The position numbers and the translations under genes were made by a program. 64,000 bases of DNA from Moniliella sp. 'wahieum' (Eukaryota): assembly GCA_003971905.1 (NCBI GenBank), contig RSEE01000024.1, positions 62,001-126,000 on the forward strand, read 5' to 3'. Shown here in pieces: positions 1-12,663 of the stretch. The notes under the pieces are model-generated. The model was not told where the DNA came from. It searched no databases and saw nothing but the letters and a program-made list of their open reading frames with translations. The number at the start of each line of letters is the position of its first letter. Within the stretch, counting starts at the first letter, position 1.

Positions 1-645
1 CGGTTTCTGTCGCTGCGCGTGGTGGCGTTGGCCAAGTTGCAGTGCTTGGCGTGACGGCGCTGTTGATTGCGGCCAAGTACGAGGAGATCTTGCCGCCGAG
101 CGTGGACGAGTTTGTGTTTGTCACCGAGGCGGATGCACCCGCGACGAGATTCTCAAGGGCGAACGTATCATTTTGGAAGCGTTGGGCTTCAACGTTTCTG
201 GCTACACGTCTCCCTATCCGTTCCTTTCCTGCGTCGATCAGCAAGGCCGACGATTACGATGTGCACTCTCGCACCTTGGCCAAGTTCTTGATGGAGCTCA
301 CGCTGCTCGACCACCGCTTTCTGCGTGTCCGCCCGCGCACCGTCGCGGCCATGTCGATGTTTTTGGCGCGGCGCATGCTCGGCAGCAGCTGGACGGCGCA
401 TGCGTGTACTACGCAGGGCAAGTGGAGGAAGCTGGTTCCAGCGGCCAACTTGGTACTGGAACGTTTGTTGGACCCCGGGTTGGACCAACTGTTGTCTTCA
501 CAAGTACAGTGCTCGTCGGTTCTTGCGTGCCGCCACGTACGCGCGCGATTGGGCCGCGGGCAGAATCACCCGCGACGTGACGGCAGCCGCGGCGGCAGCG
601 GCAGCAGCGGCTCGAGGCGCGGAGAAACTAGTGCGGAGGAACTAA
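1..645 (+). CDS. B-type (G2/M) cyclin, 3' part; runs off the left edge
   Basis: Cyclin-box peptide LGVTALLIAAKYEEILPPSVDEFV and cyclin C-domain ISKADDYDVHSRTLAKFLMELTLLDHRFL. Several indel frameshifts; probable stop TAA at 643-645. Confidence 0.9.
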
Positions 646-1218
646 GGCGTTTTATTCTCTTTTCTCTTCCCTTTCCCTTTTCCCCTTTCTCCTTTATTAC
701 CTGCTCCCTCACTGGTTGGTTGCTTTGCCCTCCCTCCTCGCCCTTCGCCTCCTCCGCCCTCCGCCCTCCACTCTGTGCTGCTCTGTCCGAAGTATGATAT
801 CCCCCCTGATCCGCCCCACCGACACACCTGATCCGTGTCGGCCCACGTGCCTCATCTTCCCCCCCCCCCTCCCCTCTTCCTCTTCCTCTTCCTCTTCCTC
901 TCCCCCTCTCCCCCTCTCCCCTTTATTTCCTCTCGGCTTTACTCTCTATTTCCCCGTCCTCCTTAAGCTTGTTTGCACTTCTCTGTCCCCCCTTCCCTTC
1001 CACGCTCCCCTTTCCTTCCCTTTCTCAGCCCCTTCCCCTTCCCCTTTCCCTTATGCATGTAGTCCCCCCATCTTGTCCCGTCCTGTCCTTCCGGCCGGCC
1101 ATAGCGCCCGCTGTGCCGCTCGTTCGTCCGGCGTTCGTCTGGCTCAGGCCGCATGCAGCTTGCAGCTTGCAGCTTGCATCGGTCCGATGCGCGTCTCGTT
1201 CGTGCGTCGCGCCGCCCT

Positions 1219-1284
1219 CGAGCCGAGCGGCGTCAAGTCGAGTCGAGTCGTGCCGAGTCGAGCGGAGTCGATCCGAGCCAAGTA
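1219..1284. repeat. Degenerate pentamer tandem repeat (CGAGY)n
   Basis: cgagc cgagc ggcgt caagt cgagt cgagt cgtgc cgagt cgagc ggagt cgatc cgagc caagt read directly, between the cyclin and RPL20 3' ends. Confidence 0.6.
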
Positions 1285-2046
1285 GCTAGCTAATCAGAAC
1301 TAATACGAACCTATCTGTCTCGCTAGGGCCCGAAGGCCGTTGCGCGCACACATCGATAATCGATCAGGTGAAACGCCCTATGCCAAGGCAGCCATGTCAA
1401 GGTCTCACGGGAAGCGATGGGCAGGCAGAGGGGGAGGCGAGGACTAGTACTAACCACTGCAACCCACACGGACCGTGGCAACTATCTGCATCAGAAATTC
1501 TACCCCATGTCCCGTGCCGCAAGTCGGTCACGCGCATGCCCCACGCGCGGCTCAGGCGCGCACATGCTGGAGAAAACCCGACGAACCACAAACCACAAAC
1601 CACGAACGGCGAATCGCGAATCGCGAACTAACGTCTGGCGGGGTGCCAAGGGAAAAAGTGGGTAGAGATATATGGATTTGGCAAACCCAGACGAGAGGAG
1701 GGGGGGGGATCGGGTCGCGTGCGTGTGCAAGCAGCGTTGCGCACCGCAGCGGCCGCGACGGCAGGTTTGCCAGTGCCACAGTCTGGCCGAGCCGAGCTCG
1801 GGGGAAGCGTTTTGGGGGTAAGAGGAGTAGAGGGGAAAGATGTGTGGGTGAAGGCCAAGAGCAAGACCAGGAGCAACACCAAGAAAAGACAAGACACTGG
1901 GCCGGGAGCCGATGGTGGAGAAGCAGGGGAACCCCGGACCAGGTAGAGGGGGGTCGCGTTCGCAGGGCGGGAGCCACGGTCCGGGGTACGCGGTCCGAGT
2001 CAAGGCAAAGGCAAAAGCAAAGGCAAGGCGGGCGGGGGTGAGACGT

Positions 2047-2561
2047 CTAGTAGAACGTCTTGGGCCGGTTGGCGGCAAAGACCGACTTGGCGGACGACTT
2101 GCGGTGGGGCAAGGGGAACTTGAGGTTGGGTTGGATGAGCTGCTTGATGTAGGGGCGCGCACGTCGGCTGCCTTCTCAATCTCGGCAATCTTGAGAATGT
2201 GGATCGAGGCGAACCGGGCGCGGTGACGAGCAGCCATGTCCTGGTACATGTTCTCCACGGCCTCGGCACGGGAGAGAGAACGGTACTCCTTGTACATGTT
2301 GTGGGTGCCAGAGCGCGAGTTTGTAGCGCAGCCAAACACCAAAGTTCTTCACCTTGAGCGGCTTGGCCTCGGCAATCGCGTGCACCGCAACAATCTCACC
2401 CGTCGACTTCTTCTTACGCGCTGGCGCACAAAGTACCAGAACCGCGACTTGGCCACCACCGAGTTGGGCGCAAAGATGCGCATGCGGTACAGCTTGGGCG
2501 TCGGCTCCTTCTCCGTAGGAAGGTGGCGGCCAACCACGAGGTACTCGGTGAAGCGGGACAT
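2047..2561 (-). CDS. RPL20: 60S ribosomal protein eL20 (L20/L18a)
   Basis: [44 protein letters not shown], then [36 protein letters not shown] and the C-terminus RPKTFY*. Split over frames by indels. Confidence 0.97.
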
Positions 2562-2576
2562 GGGTGCGTGCGAAAC

Positions 2577-2652
2577 CTGCGCAGACAAAATCATCAGCAG
2601 CGCGTCCTCCCTCGCGCCCTGGAGCGCACGCTGCGCTGGGGATCGTACTCAC
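2577..2652 (-). other. Putative spliceosomal intron in the RPL20 5' UTR
   Basis: Minus-strand GTGAGT donor at 2652, GCTGAT branch-like motif, pyrimidine tract and GCAG acceptor at 2577, 15 nt before the ATG. Confidence 0.7.
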
Positions 2653-3695
2653 TGGAGACGCCGGTCTTGGAATCGGTGGGGAGCGGCGTGGCCAGCGGCG
2701 ACGAGCGAGGCAGGCAGCAGCGCCAGCGCGCGGCGCTCGCCAACCCTAGAAGCACCACACAGTGCCGCTGTGCCGGATCGGTTTTATTGCGCCGGGGTCC
2801 CTCTTCCTGCGCTGGGCTGGGGTCGGTTTCTGCGTCTGCGTCTGCAACTTGAAATTTGGCGTTGACAGGGAATTTGAATGTGAAATTGCCAAATCGTGCC
2901 GAGCGAGACCTGCCGCCCGAACGACGTAGGTGCCAATGATAATGATTAATGACACAGGAAGAGCAGGCCAAAAAGGCAAAGGAGACGCGTGCTACGACTC
3001 GCGCCTCGGGCACGGCGATGGCCTGCTGGAGTAAGAGCTGAGCCTCAGCGTGCTGCGGTCGAAGTGCAGCTCGGTCTCTCGGACGATGGGTAGGTGGGTC
3101 CGGTGGCGCAGCCTGCCAGCCGTGCACGGCGTACATCCATCTTACCATCCAAGCGCCTGCGCGCGCGTCTCAGTGAGGGCCAGCGAGATGTGGCATCGGA
3201 GCGCGTGGGCAAGATGCGACGGTGCGAGAACTCGGGTGGCGGCGCTACTCGAGCGGACCTGTGACCTGCTTGCCCTTGGCTCGTAGCTATTTTTACTTGA
3301 ACTTGGTTGAGCAACTGTCTTCCGTCTTGCAACCCGCGCGGTCCCTGTGCCAGGTCGGTCCGGCTGAAGAGAGAAGCCGGAGCTGGAGAATGCTCAGACG
3401 TTAAACCCATATGGGATGGTCCGTCTGGGCACTTCTTACACGTTGTGCCGCTTTCGATCCATCTTGGACGACCCGGTAATAGAAGAGGCCGAACAATTGT
3501 ATGATGCGTGGCACTGCGTTCTAGAGCTCTACATGCAACTGTTTCTCTTATGTACATGAGATCTGAGATCTGAGAGCCGTACAAGGGAGAGCGAAAACGA
3601 TGGTAGAGACAGACGGTAAAAACATGAATGCACAAGTACGATTTCAACCGAATCCTACGCGTCCTGCATCACCTCGTCCTGGTCAGGCAGGTCGC

Positions 3696-5641
3696 TCAAA
3701 GGGGAACTTGATGGTGGGGCAGCGGGAGGGTGCGATCGGCGTCGACTGGCTCGTCGTGCGTCTTGGTGAGAGGAGACGAGGGAGCCAGGGGCGGGTGGGA
3801 GGGCGAGTGGGGCTTGGGGTCAGGTCGGGCGCCAGGCTGGCCAGCGTGGGCCAGGGTAGAAGCTGTGGCGGCCTTTTCGATCGCGAGTAACTCGGCCTCG
3901 CTCAACTGGGAAAAGGATCGTCGTCATCAAAGTCGCTGTGCTGGCTGAGGGGGAACGCTCGGTCCTCCTCCTCCATCGTTCGGGTTTGATGGCACTTGCT
4001 GGGTTGGGAGGCACGGTCCCAGCAGCCGGGTGAGCGTCCTCCTCCGTCACTTCCAAACGTGTCTTGCGCTCCAGCTCCCGCTTGCTCGCTTGCCTCGCGT
4101 TCTAGCACGTAGGACCGCTCGAGGTACCGGTTGGGGTGGGTCACAGTCTCCCGTTGGGCGCGATGCCTTCGCCGCGCTTGATCCCGCCGCGCTTCTTGGA
4201 CCGATGGGAGAGCTCAAAGACACGCGTGCAGGCAATGTGATAGTGGCCGCCTTGCACCGCTTTCAGCACGTCTGCCGCTGCGCCCGGCTGGATCCCGTAC
4301 CATTCGCGCAGGTACTGCTGCAGTTTGGCAGGCGGCATGGTGCGGTACGGACAGCCGTGGGTCTCGGTCGGCCCGGGCGGGTTCTGGGTAAGCATCTTGG
4401 CACACGAGTAGGCGGGGTAATTTTTCTTGCCGCCTTCGAGGCCATAGCCATGACGAATGTTGTAGCGGTATTCTTTGTTGAACGTTTCGTCGCTGGTGGT
4501 GGAGAACATTTTGCGCCAAAACCAGCGCCTCCTCGACGGGTAACCCCATCTCTTTGAGAAACAGATTGTACTCCAAGCGGCCGTAATGCTTGAGCTTGTG
4601 GTGGTGGTGAGCTCTTCTTGCATGTTGCGCATGCACATCGGCCCGTGCCGCCGCACCAACGGTTCCACCATCTCCCACGTAATGTGTGCCTCGGAATCGT
4701 CGCCAAACAGCGCATGTCCCTCGGTCGCACCGGGGCCAACGGTCATACCAACCATAAAGCTCATGCTGAGATGCTCCAGGATGGGCACCAAGCGCGTATC
4801 TTCGTCCAGCTCCACGCGGCGCGGGATGTGGAGCGAGAGCACGTCCATATCGTGTTCGAGACGCGAAGTAACTCAGCAAAGACGAGCGAGGCCTGTTCGG
4901 CCGACGGCACGTACGCCATACCGCCCATGAGCAGCACGCGACGACGTTCGACCAAGTCGGTGACCTTGGTCCAGGGCACTTTGTAAAACCGTTCGGTGGC
5001 CCAGGTCTTGCGGGTACGTGGGCTGGCCGCCTGCAACGCGTCTTTCAACCGTTCCTTTTCTGCGTCCGACACGCGCTCCCAGCCAGCTGAAGCGAGTCGA
5101 GGAACGCATCGCGTTCCCGCCCATCGTCCGACTCGTACCGCAACCGAAACAGCGCCGACTCGACCTTGACAAACCCGACGCAGTTCGGGCGAGCGACAAA
5201 ACACAAGACGAAGCACAAAGTGACTTGTATGTCCTTCTCGCGTTCCGCCAAATGGTCCGCCGACTGGGACGTGTTGGCAGCGAGCGGCAGCCAGCGTTCG
5301 AGCACAGGTTGCATGTGCGCCACCAGGTCAGCATGGTTGTGTGTGCGCACCTGGCAGCTTTCAATCTCCGCCAGCACGCGCAGCCGGTCCAGCGCCCAGG
5401 CCTCAAATGCATCCAGCTCCACATCGTCCCCAGGAAGAGGAGCACGGCGTACATGCTGAGGGCGGAAGGGGAACTTGCCGCGCCCGCGGCGCGTGCCGCC
5501 GAGCTGGAGGACAGGGGCAGGGGCGGACGGGTCCGAGACGGAGAGGGCTGAGGCGGCGGCAGGTGTGGTCGCGCTGGACGTAAGCGGTGCGCCCGGCGAC
5601 GTGGGCGACGCAGCGCTGGTGGGGCCACGCGAACGGAACAT
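3696..5641 (-). CDS. PRI2: DNA primase large subunit (PriL/p58, Fe-S domain)
   Basis: FEAWALDRLRVLAEIE, FYKVPWTKVTDLVERRRVLL, HGPMCMRNMQ, HLKHYGRL, FNKEYRYNIRHGYGLEG, HGCPYR, HYHIACTRVFE and HPNRY. Frameshifted; 3' end approximate. Confidence 0.95.
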
Positions 5642-6007
5642 GCTGGCGAGGCGGGGACCGGAGGGGGAGGGAGGAGGGAGGAGCGGAGAGATGGCGGCGA
5701 ATCCAAAAACCAGCGCGGGCGTCCCAAAGCGCGGCGCGACACGACACGACACGACGCGGCGCGGGTGGCGACGCGACGGCCACACACTGCCGCTGTGCCC
5801 ACGCGCCGTCTCCAGCTTCAGACTTGAGGAGGCGCGGACACGGCGCTTGCCAATTAAATGTTTTCACGTAGGGTTAACCGCATGTGCTCTCTGTCTACCC
5901 TCTCTCGGACCAGCACACTGCAACAGGGTTAAACGAAGTTTTAAGGCCTCAGGTCGTATTCATCACATTCATGTACAGCACAGGGGGTTGGGCTACGGGC
6001 GTCCGGT

Positions 6008-7669
6008 CTAGGCCAGCGCGCCCATCGGGTCGTAGGGCGGCAGGTGGATGCCTGCTCGTCGATGCCGCGTTCGACCAGCTTCTGGTGCTTGGGCGAAAGC
6101 AGGTCCTTGCGGAAGACACACTGGTACGTGTACTCGGCAAACCACTTGCGCGACATGGACATGTAGCCCGTGTCCTTGCCCACTCCCGGCGCGCCCCACG
6201 AGTTCTGCACCGCGTACCGGATCGGCGTGTCGGTCGCCGGGTCAACATGCACCTTGTCAATCAGCATGGCATGCGTCATCTGCGACTCGCCCATCTCCAG
6301 CCGCTCCTTCTTGGACAGGCCCAGCTTGACCCCAAACGCGCCGCATAGTCAAACAGCTCCGTGTCCATAATCCCACTTGGCGTGTGACTGAACTTGCCCA
6401 CATCACAGCCAAAGAAGACGGCATGGCCAGCCTTGATGGACTTGACCACTAGACGTTCCAACTCCTCGACGCTCGTGTTGATGTACGTGACTGGCTGTCC
6501 GTCCCACACGTTGCCCAGACGGTCTACGGTAATCACCGTGTCCACAGGATGACGAGGGTCGTGCACAAGCGAGACACAGCCCTTGGCGGTAAAGGTGCCG
6601 TGTACTTGACCTGGAACTCGTGGGGTGGTGGTAAGCGACTGGTACTGGTTCTTGCTGTCGTACCACTCAAACGTAAACTTGTCGTGCGGGCCAGGCGGGG
6701 CACCATAGGCAATGGCCATCATGCGGTACACCTCCTTCATCTGCTTCTCCTTGTGCCCCCGCACGGTGGAGAGGACGGCTTCATCGCGCTGCTTGGGCGT
6801 CATGTGGCCTGCGGCCACACTCGCCGCAAGACGCTCCTCGGTCACCTTCTTGAGGTCGCGCAACTCTTGCGCATACTCACGCAACTTGACCGTGGTAAGC
6901 CAAGTGAATCTTGGCCGTGTTGGAGCTGTTGAAGGACTCGGGGTAGATGCTTTGAGGGCAATACCGTACTTGAGCGCCAGATTGGTAGCCATGTTGAACT
7001 GGCCACCATCCGAGCTAAAGTTTTCACTGAGGTAGTGCAGCTCCCGGTCGTCCCACGGCCGGTCCGACAGCTCAATCACACATTCTCCAACCAGTAGTTG
7101 GCCTTCTCGAGCTTGTCCCAAAAGTGGAGGTAGGACTGGCTCAGTTCAAAGTCGGCGTCTTTAATGTCCAGCTGGCGGATCACCTCGAGCCGGATCAGGT
7201 TGGTCGTCGCAAAGAGCAGCAGCGTCCCGAAGCCTTTTGGTTGCCACGCTCTTGGGCAGGACGGGACCTGGAGATTGTGATCTGGTTGTGGGCAATCTCG
7301 ACGTCACGAGAGTGGAGCGATCGGGATGTTGGCATTGTGAACGTCAGGGCGGCAAGGCGCGAGGTGGGCTCCTATATGGGGAAATGACGGCAGGCGGTGG
7401 TCAGTTGACAGAGCAGAGGCCAGAAAGAGCAAAGAGGGGAGACAGGCGCACCGCAAATGCGTCTCTTGCCATTGCTTGAGGCTCTGGGGCGTAATGTCGG
7501 CTGAAGGGGCACTGGTGGGGGCATGGGCTTGGCGAGCGGCGTCTGCAGCCTGGATGCGGGCAAGGCGCTGGGCCGAGTGCTGCATGGCGGCAGCCGAGGG
7601 CGAGGCCGAGTACGAGTCGCTGGCCTTTTCGCTCATTGGCTGGGATTGCTTGGATTCAGCAGCGCCCAT
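6008..7669 (-). CDS. LAP3: Bleomycin hydrolase / cysteine aminopeptidase (peptidase C1B)
   Basis: NQKASGRC catalytic-Cys region, ELSQSYLHFWDKLEKAN, SDGGQFNM, AVFFGCDVGK, ESQMTHAML, VQNSWG and the C-terminus PYDPMGALA*. Intron at 7372-7451 (GTGCGC...CTGAC...TAG). Confidence 0.95.
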
Positions 7670-8318
7670 GGTAGTGGTGGCAGATGTGGGTGGCTAGGTG
7701 GGCGGGAGGGCAGTGGTGAGGACAGGGGGGGGGGCGGGGGAAGAGGAGGAAGGGGCCCGAGGGACACCGCCCCTTTTATACGCCGAGCACCGCCTCCTTA
7801 TCACTGGTCGCCCCCAACCCAGCGCCCACCAGCATGGTCCCCCCTCGGCGATAGGATCGATGGGCATGCGATTGGAGATTGATATGGATGCGGGATCAGC
7901 GCATCAGCGCTCAGCCGCTCAGCACCGATAAGAGGAGGCAACCCTAGCGGCGCGGGTGTTCGGTGCAAGGCACACACGCGGTGTGCTGTGGAGCGGTGGG
8001 ATGTGGCTGGCATGCCACATGTCGTTGGGCCACGCACGGCGCCACTGTCATGCATCACATGTCAGGCCTCCGGCACTGGGCTTGTTATGCTTGTCATGCT
8101 AGTGCATCGGGGACGCGGTGCCCGCGAACCCCCCCATGTCCCCATGGCCCCGAGTTCCCATGTCCATGGATGGGGCTTTGATTAGTATCCGACTGGCATG
8201 CGGTAGTTACCAGCAGTGCAGTATGCCCTAGAAGCGACTCGTTGTCTTGTATTGTCCCCTGGCAGCGCCTCTTCTTCTCTCCCCTGCCTGCTCCCTCGTT
8301 CGCCCACACCTCCCCCCA

Positions 8319-10543
8319 ATGCCTGCGCGCCACCCCCACCCCCACCCCCACCATCCACACGCGCTGTCCGAGACGCTGGTGCTCGCCATCTGGGTGGGCG
8401 GCACGCTGGGCATGCTGCGCGACCCCGTGCACGGCTACCGGCCCCACCCCTCCTTCCTCACCGAGGCCCTCCGCACCCAGCCGCGCTTCCACGACCCCTT
8501 TGGCAACTCCATCTTCAGCTGGTCCGACTCCCCCGACCGCTACGAGCAGTGGAGCGGCCTCAACTCCCCCACCGCTCCGGCCCCTCATCCCCGGCCCCGC
8601 CCTCGCCGCAGCCCCCGCGCACGCCCCACCCGCACCCACTCAGCCGCACCACCACCGACCACACCGACCCCACCGACGACGACGACGACACCTCCAGTCT
8701 CCCCAGCACCGGCAGCGAGCACGCCGTCTATCCCATCCACGCCCCCGCCCACCCCGTTCCGACCCCAGCACCAAGACACGGATGCAGCGCTGCTGCGCTC
8801 GGCAAGGAAAGAGCACGAGGCCATGCGCCTCTCCTCCACCGTGTCCGGCGGGCAGGTCAAGCGCGTCTGGCCCCTACGGCCGCCCGATCCAGGTGCGCAC
8901 GTCCACTCTCGATGGTATATCTCTGGTCGACGCTACCCAAGTGGAGGAGCGGGAGATGGCGAGCGCAGAGGGCAAGACGCGTGTGCTGCAGTTTCATCTT
9001 CCTTCGCTTGTCTTGCCTGCTGGCAAGGGGGGCAAGCGAACGCGCTACGTGTGTGGAGTACGATCCGTTGCTCGACTCGTCCGAGATGGGATTTTGACGA
9101 CTACAAGCGCCTGGCGCGGGACATTGGGCTCAACTATGCCCACTTTGACGCGTTTATCGTCTTGCATGGCACCGACACCATGGCCTACACGGCCAGCCTT
9201 GTCGATGCTGTTGGAAAACTTGGGAAAGTCGGTGATTGTGACAGGAGCCCAAGTCCCACTCAGCGAGCTGCGCAACGATGCGATTGAAAATGTGTTGGGC
9301 GCGCTCACCTTGGCTGGCAGTACATCATCCCGAGGTGACGCTCTACTTTGCGTCGCAACTCTTTCGTGGCAACCGCTCCACCAAGGTATCCAACGATGCC
9401 TTGGCCGCGTTTGACTCGCCCAACATGCCGCCGCTCGCGGTGGTCGGGATCGAGATGAGTGTGAATTGGCACCTGGTCCAACGGCCTCGCGAGCTGCGCC
9501 GTTTCCGCGCTGCTACCACCTAAGTGATCATGTGGTCATCTTGCGCTTGGTGCCAGGTCTGTCGCGCGCGGCAGTGCGCGCGCTGCTCGCGCCTCCGACC
9601 AAGGCGCCGTGATCGAAACGTTTGGCGCGGGCAATGCCGGCGCCAGCCTGCTCGACTTGTTTGCCGAAGCTTCGCAACGAGGCGTGGTGCTGGTCAACGT
9701 GACACAGTGCCTGCAAGGAACGGTGAGCGGGATATATGCCGCAGGCAGCACTTGGCTCAGGCCGGCGTCGTCTCTGGCGCCGACATGACGCCCGAGTGCG
9801 CACTGATGAAGCTTGCCTATCTCTTGGCCGATCCCACCTTGGAGAGAGACCAAGTTCGTGCGCTGGTAGGCGCCTCGCTGCGCGGCGAGTTGACGGCCCA
9901 CCCTCCCCAGCTGGAGGGGGGCGAGGCGGAGGCCATGGCGCACCACTTGCCCGGCGTGCAGCAACTGGTGGGGGACATTTTGTTTCCCCCGGCGCGCCCG
10001 GCGCAGCTGCTACTGCGCCTTGCTGCCCCCCGCCCAAGCCCAAGCACCCAAGGGGGATCGCGAGCGCCAGCTGTACCGGCTTGGTCGCTTACCGGCACGA
10101 CGTGCAAGCGGCCGAGCAAGTGGTGCTGCCACTGCTGCTGCGCGGGCCGTCCAAGCGATGGACGAGGCGGCGGCAAAGCATTACTGGACAAGATTGACGA
10201 GGTGCGCAAAAGGGCGCGCTTGCCTGGGGGCGAAGCGATTGGGGGACGGTAGCGTTGGTGGACCAACAATGTGTATTGCACGTGGCGGCGGCGATGGGGT
10301 CAACGAGGATGGTGGAACTGTTGCTAGCCGCGGGGCGAGCGTGCATCTGCGTGACATGCATGGTTTCTCGCCCCTCTTTTCTGCCCTCCGCGGGGGACAT
10401 CAGCAAGTGGCCCGACGGTTGGTGGAAACGGGTGCGTCGTAAAAGACGATGAATCGAGTGTGCTCAATGCTCTCTCCATCAGTCTCCGTCCCGAGGTGGG
10501 CAACAGCTTGTTGGCGTTGGGCGCAGAGACGGATTCGGGATAG
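8319..10543 (+). CDS. Type I L-asparaginase / 60 kDa lysophospholipase with C-terminal ankyrin repeats
   Basis: VGGTLGM, YDPLLDSSEM, LHGTDTMAYTAS, KSVIVTGAQVPL, LFRGNRSTKV, ADMTPECALMKLAYLL and ankyrin-like LHVAAAMG / DMHGFSPLFSA. The end is 10442, or 10543 after correcting one indel. Confidence 0.92.
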
Positions 10544-11177
10544 GGTTCGGGTTGGGTTGGGTCCCAAATACGAACAAGCATGCTCACACCGCAGGCACTA
10601 GAAGGTAGACTCCCAAACGGCCATCGCAAGCAGCAGGAGCAAGAGATTGCGAGAGGAGCGAAAAGCAGAAGCAAAAGCAAGTGGTGTTGGGAGCGAGGAG
10701 ACAAGAGATACCGATAGCAGGCTCGAGCGAAGCGGCCGGCCCCGCGTGCAGCCCGCGCGTTGACCGATGCAAACGTATCATTTCCAAGTGCTACCAAGGC
10801 GCTGCAGTGAGGTTCATTTTTTGAACAGCAGAGCGATCAACAACTTATCAGCCAGCTGCTTTCCTCTCGTGCATATACACACACAGTGTCGGTGCTCTAT
10901 GTATACAACAGCGATGGTCAAACAGAGATGGTCATTGTCCTTGCACTGGGGAGTCGCATCGACTGTGCGTGCTCGTGTGGAGGCCCCGGAGAGACGAAAT
11001 GGGCTGCATCGCATCTCTCCTGGCGAGAAGAGCTGAGAGGAGAGAACCACGTGGAGCGTTGTCGGAGGGGGCCTGGTGTAAGCCATACAACGTAGACATC
11101 ATGCACGGCGTCGTTCCTGCGGCACAGATTCATATACAAGACAGTAAGTCCGTTGGATGGAGGGCAGCAACAACTGG

Positions 11178-12204
11178 TTAGGCCTTGTCCTGCATCTCGT
11201 CTTCAACGTCGTAAGGCGAAGGCGGCGGATGTTGGGCTTGTTGACCGGCTGGACGGAACATGGTGGAATCAATAGCAAAGTGTCCCATGACAAAGTAGAT
11301 GATCACCACCACGACTTCCATCGCATACTCTAGGACGGCCTTGGTAATCGGTGGGCCCATGAACGGATTGGACGAGAACATGCGTACGGTCACATACGCC
11401 GCTCGGACGGCCATAAAGGGCATAGCAACCGCCAAGAAGGCGAGCAGACGAAGAGGCATGCGGCCAAGCGAGTGCGGCTGACTCTGTTTTTTGGCAAGCA
11501 ACAGTTTCGGTACGCGTTTCGTCACCCCACAGAGCAGAATCAGTGCGATCAGACAGGCGACTAGGGCGCACAGCAGCACATCAGCCGTTTTGATCGTGTC
11601 TGGCAGAGACACATTGGCTTGGAGCGAAAAGGATCCGGCGGGGAGGGTGTTCATGCCAACGATGAGCAGGATCGTTGCAGCCAGCGTGAGAAGGTGGAGC
11701 ACTCGCAACACACCCGCCGGTTTCTCCTTCTTTTTGTTGTTGGTAGGGGTGGGATCCAGGGTGCTGTAGTCATTCAACTGCGACACTGTAGGTTCCACGG
11801 CCCTAGAGAAAAAGGACAGGGAGGCATTGATGAGCCAGGGAAAGCCAATGGACTGGAGAATGAAGCCGGCGATGTTCACGCCCATGTTGCTGTAGTGCTG
11901 GTGGTCGGCTATCACAATGAGAATGTTGCCGGCCAGGCGGACTGAGAGAAGAGAGCACATTCATGGGACGTCAGCTCACGGCTTGGGGCAAAAGAAACGG
12001 TATCCAAAGCCACAACAAAAGGCAAAGAGGTGGTATCACGGACGCGAGAGAGGTGGAACATACCCAGGGAGAAAGAACCAGAAAGATAAACCCATTCGTG
12101 CGGCGGGCACCGTGTTTGACCACGTTAAAGATAGACGCGAGGAGCAAGACGGCATAGATCGCGATAAAGACCTCGTTGATGATCCGAGACGTATGGAGCG
12201 ACAT
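11178..12204 (-). CDS. Fungal multi-pass (about 7 TM) membrane protein of unknown function, DUF7702/RTA1-like
   Basis: ATG at 12204 (MSLHTSRIINEVFIAIYAVLLL) and an intron at 11942-12063 (GTATGT...GCTGAC...CAG). Many hydrophobic helices; motifs VRLAGNIL and MPFMAVRAAY. Confidence 0.75.
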
Positions 12205-12362
12205 TATGGCGAAATGTGGTGTGGGCGCTGCTGTGGACACAGGGATGGGGGATGAAAGGTGTCCAAAGAGAAGCGAAAGAGTGAGTTGGAAGTCGATCCG
12301 AGCGTGGGAGCGTGGGTGGTTGTGCGGAAAAGATACGGATGGGCAGAAAGGAGGCCGGCATG

Positions 12363-12369
12363 CTTTATA
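12363..12369 (-). promoter_or_regulatory. TATA box (TATAAAG) of the membrane-protein gene
   Basis: TATAAAG lies about 160 bp upstream of the ATG and is conserved in the duplicated promoter copy at about 18241. Confidence 0.55.
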
Positions 12370-12663
12370 CCTTGTTGGACACTAGTGTTTTTTTTGCAAC
12401 CAGTGGAGCATAGTTCCTCTGTTGGGCCGGTCGGGGGGAGATCCTCCACTCGAACTGCGCAGCGGTGGTGTCCATCACAAAACAGCCACGGCTGCCACCA
12501 GCCGGCTTTTGGCACTCGCCCCCCATACAGCGAGGCGAAGAGTAATGGCTACCAACACTTACCGACCTTTCCAGGACGGCGAAACTCCGGGGGGTCTTTC
12601 GGCTGAATTGCAGACAGTTATTTTCGGCGTGATTGCATTTACCCCATGTTGCCGAGGTATATT

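Noticed and set aside
3350..3358. CCAGGTCGG resembling SRP RNA helix 8
   Set aside because: The GNRA loop and the complementary AGCAG strand do not follow, and there is no Alu-domain motif.
5754..5806. ACGCG MCB-like cell-cycle boxes upstream of PRI2
   Set aside because: Plausible for an S-phase gene, but only 5-mer cores in very GC-rich DNA, so not distinguishable from background by eye.
2047..7669. Calling RPL20, PRI2 and LAP3 pseudogenes or programmed-frameshift genes
   Set aside because: Frameshifts are ubiquitous across unrelated essential genes and best explained by sequencing error.
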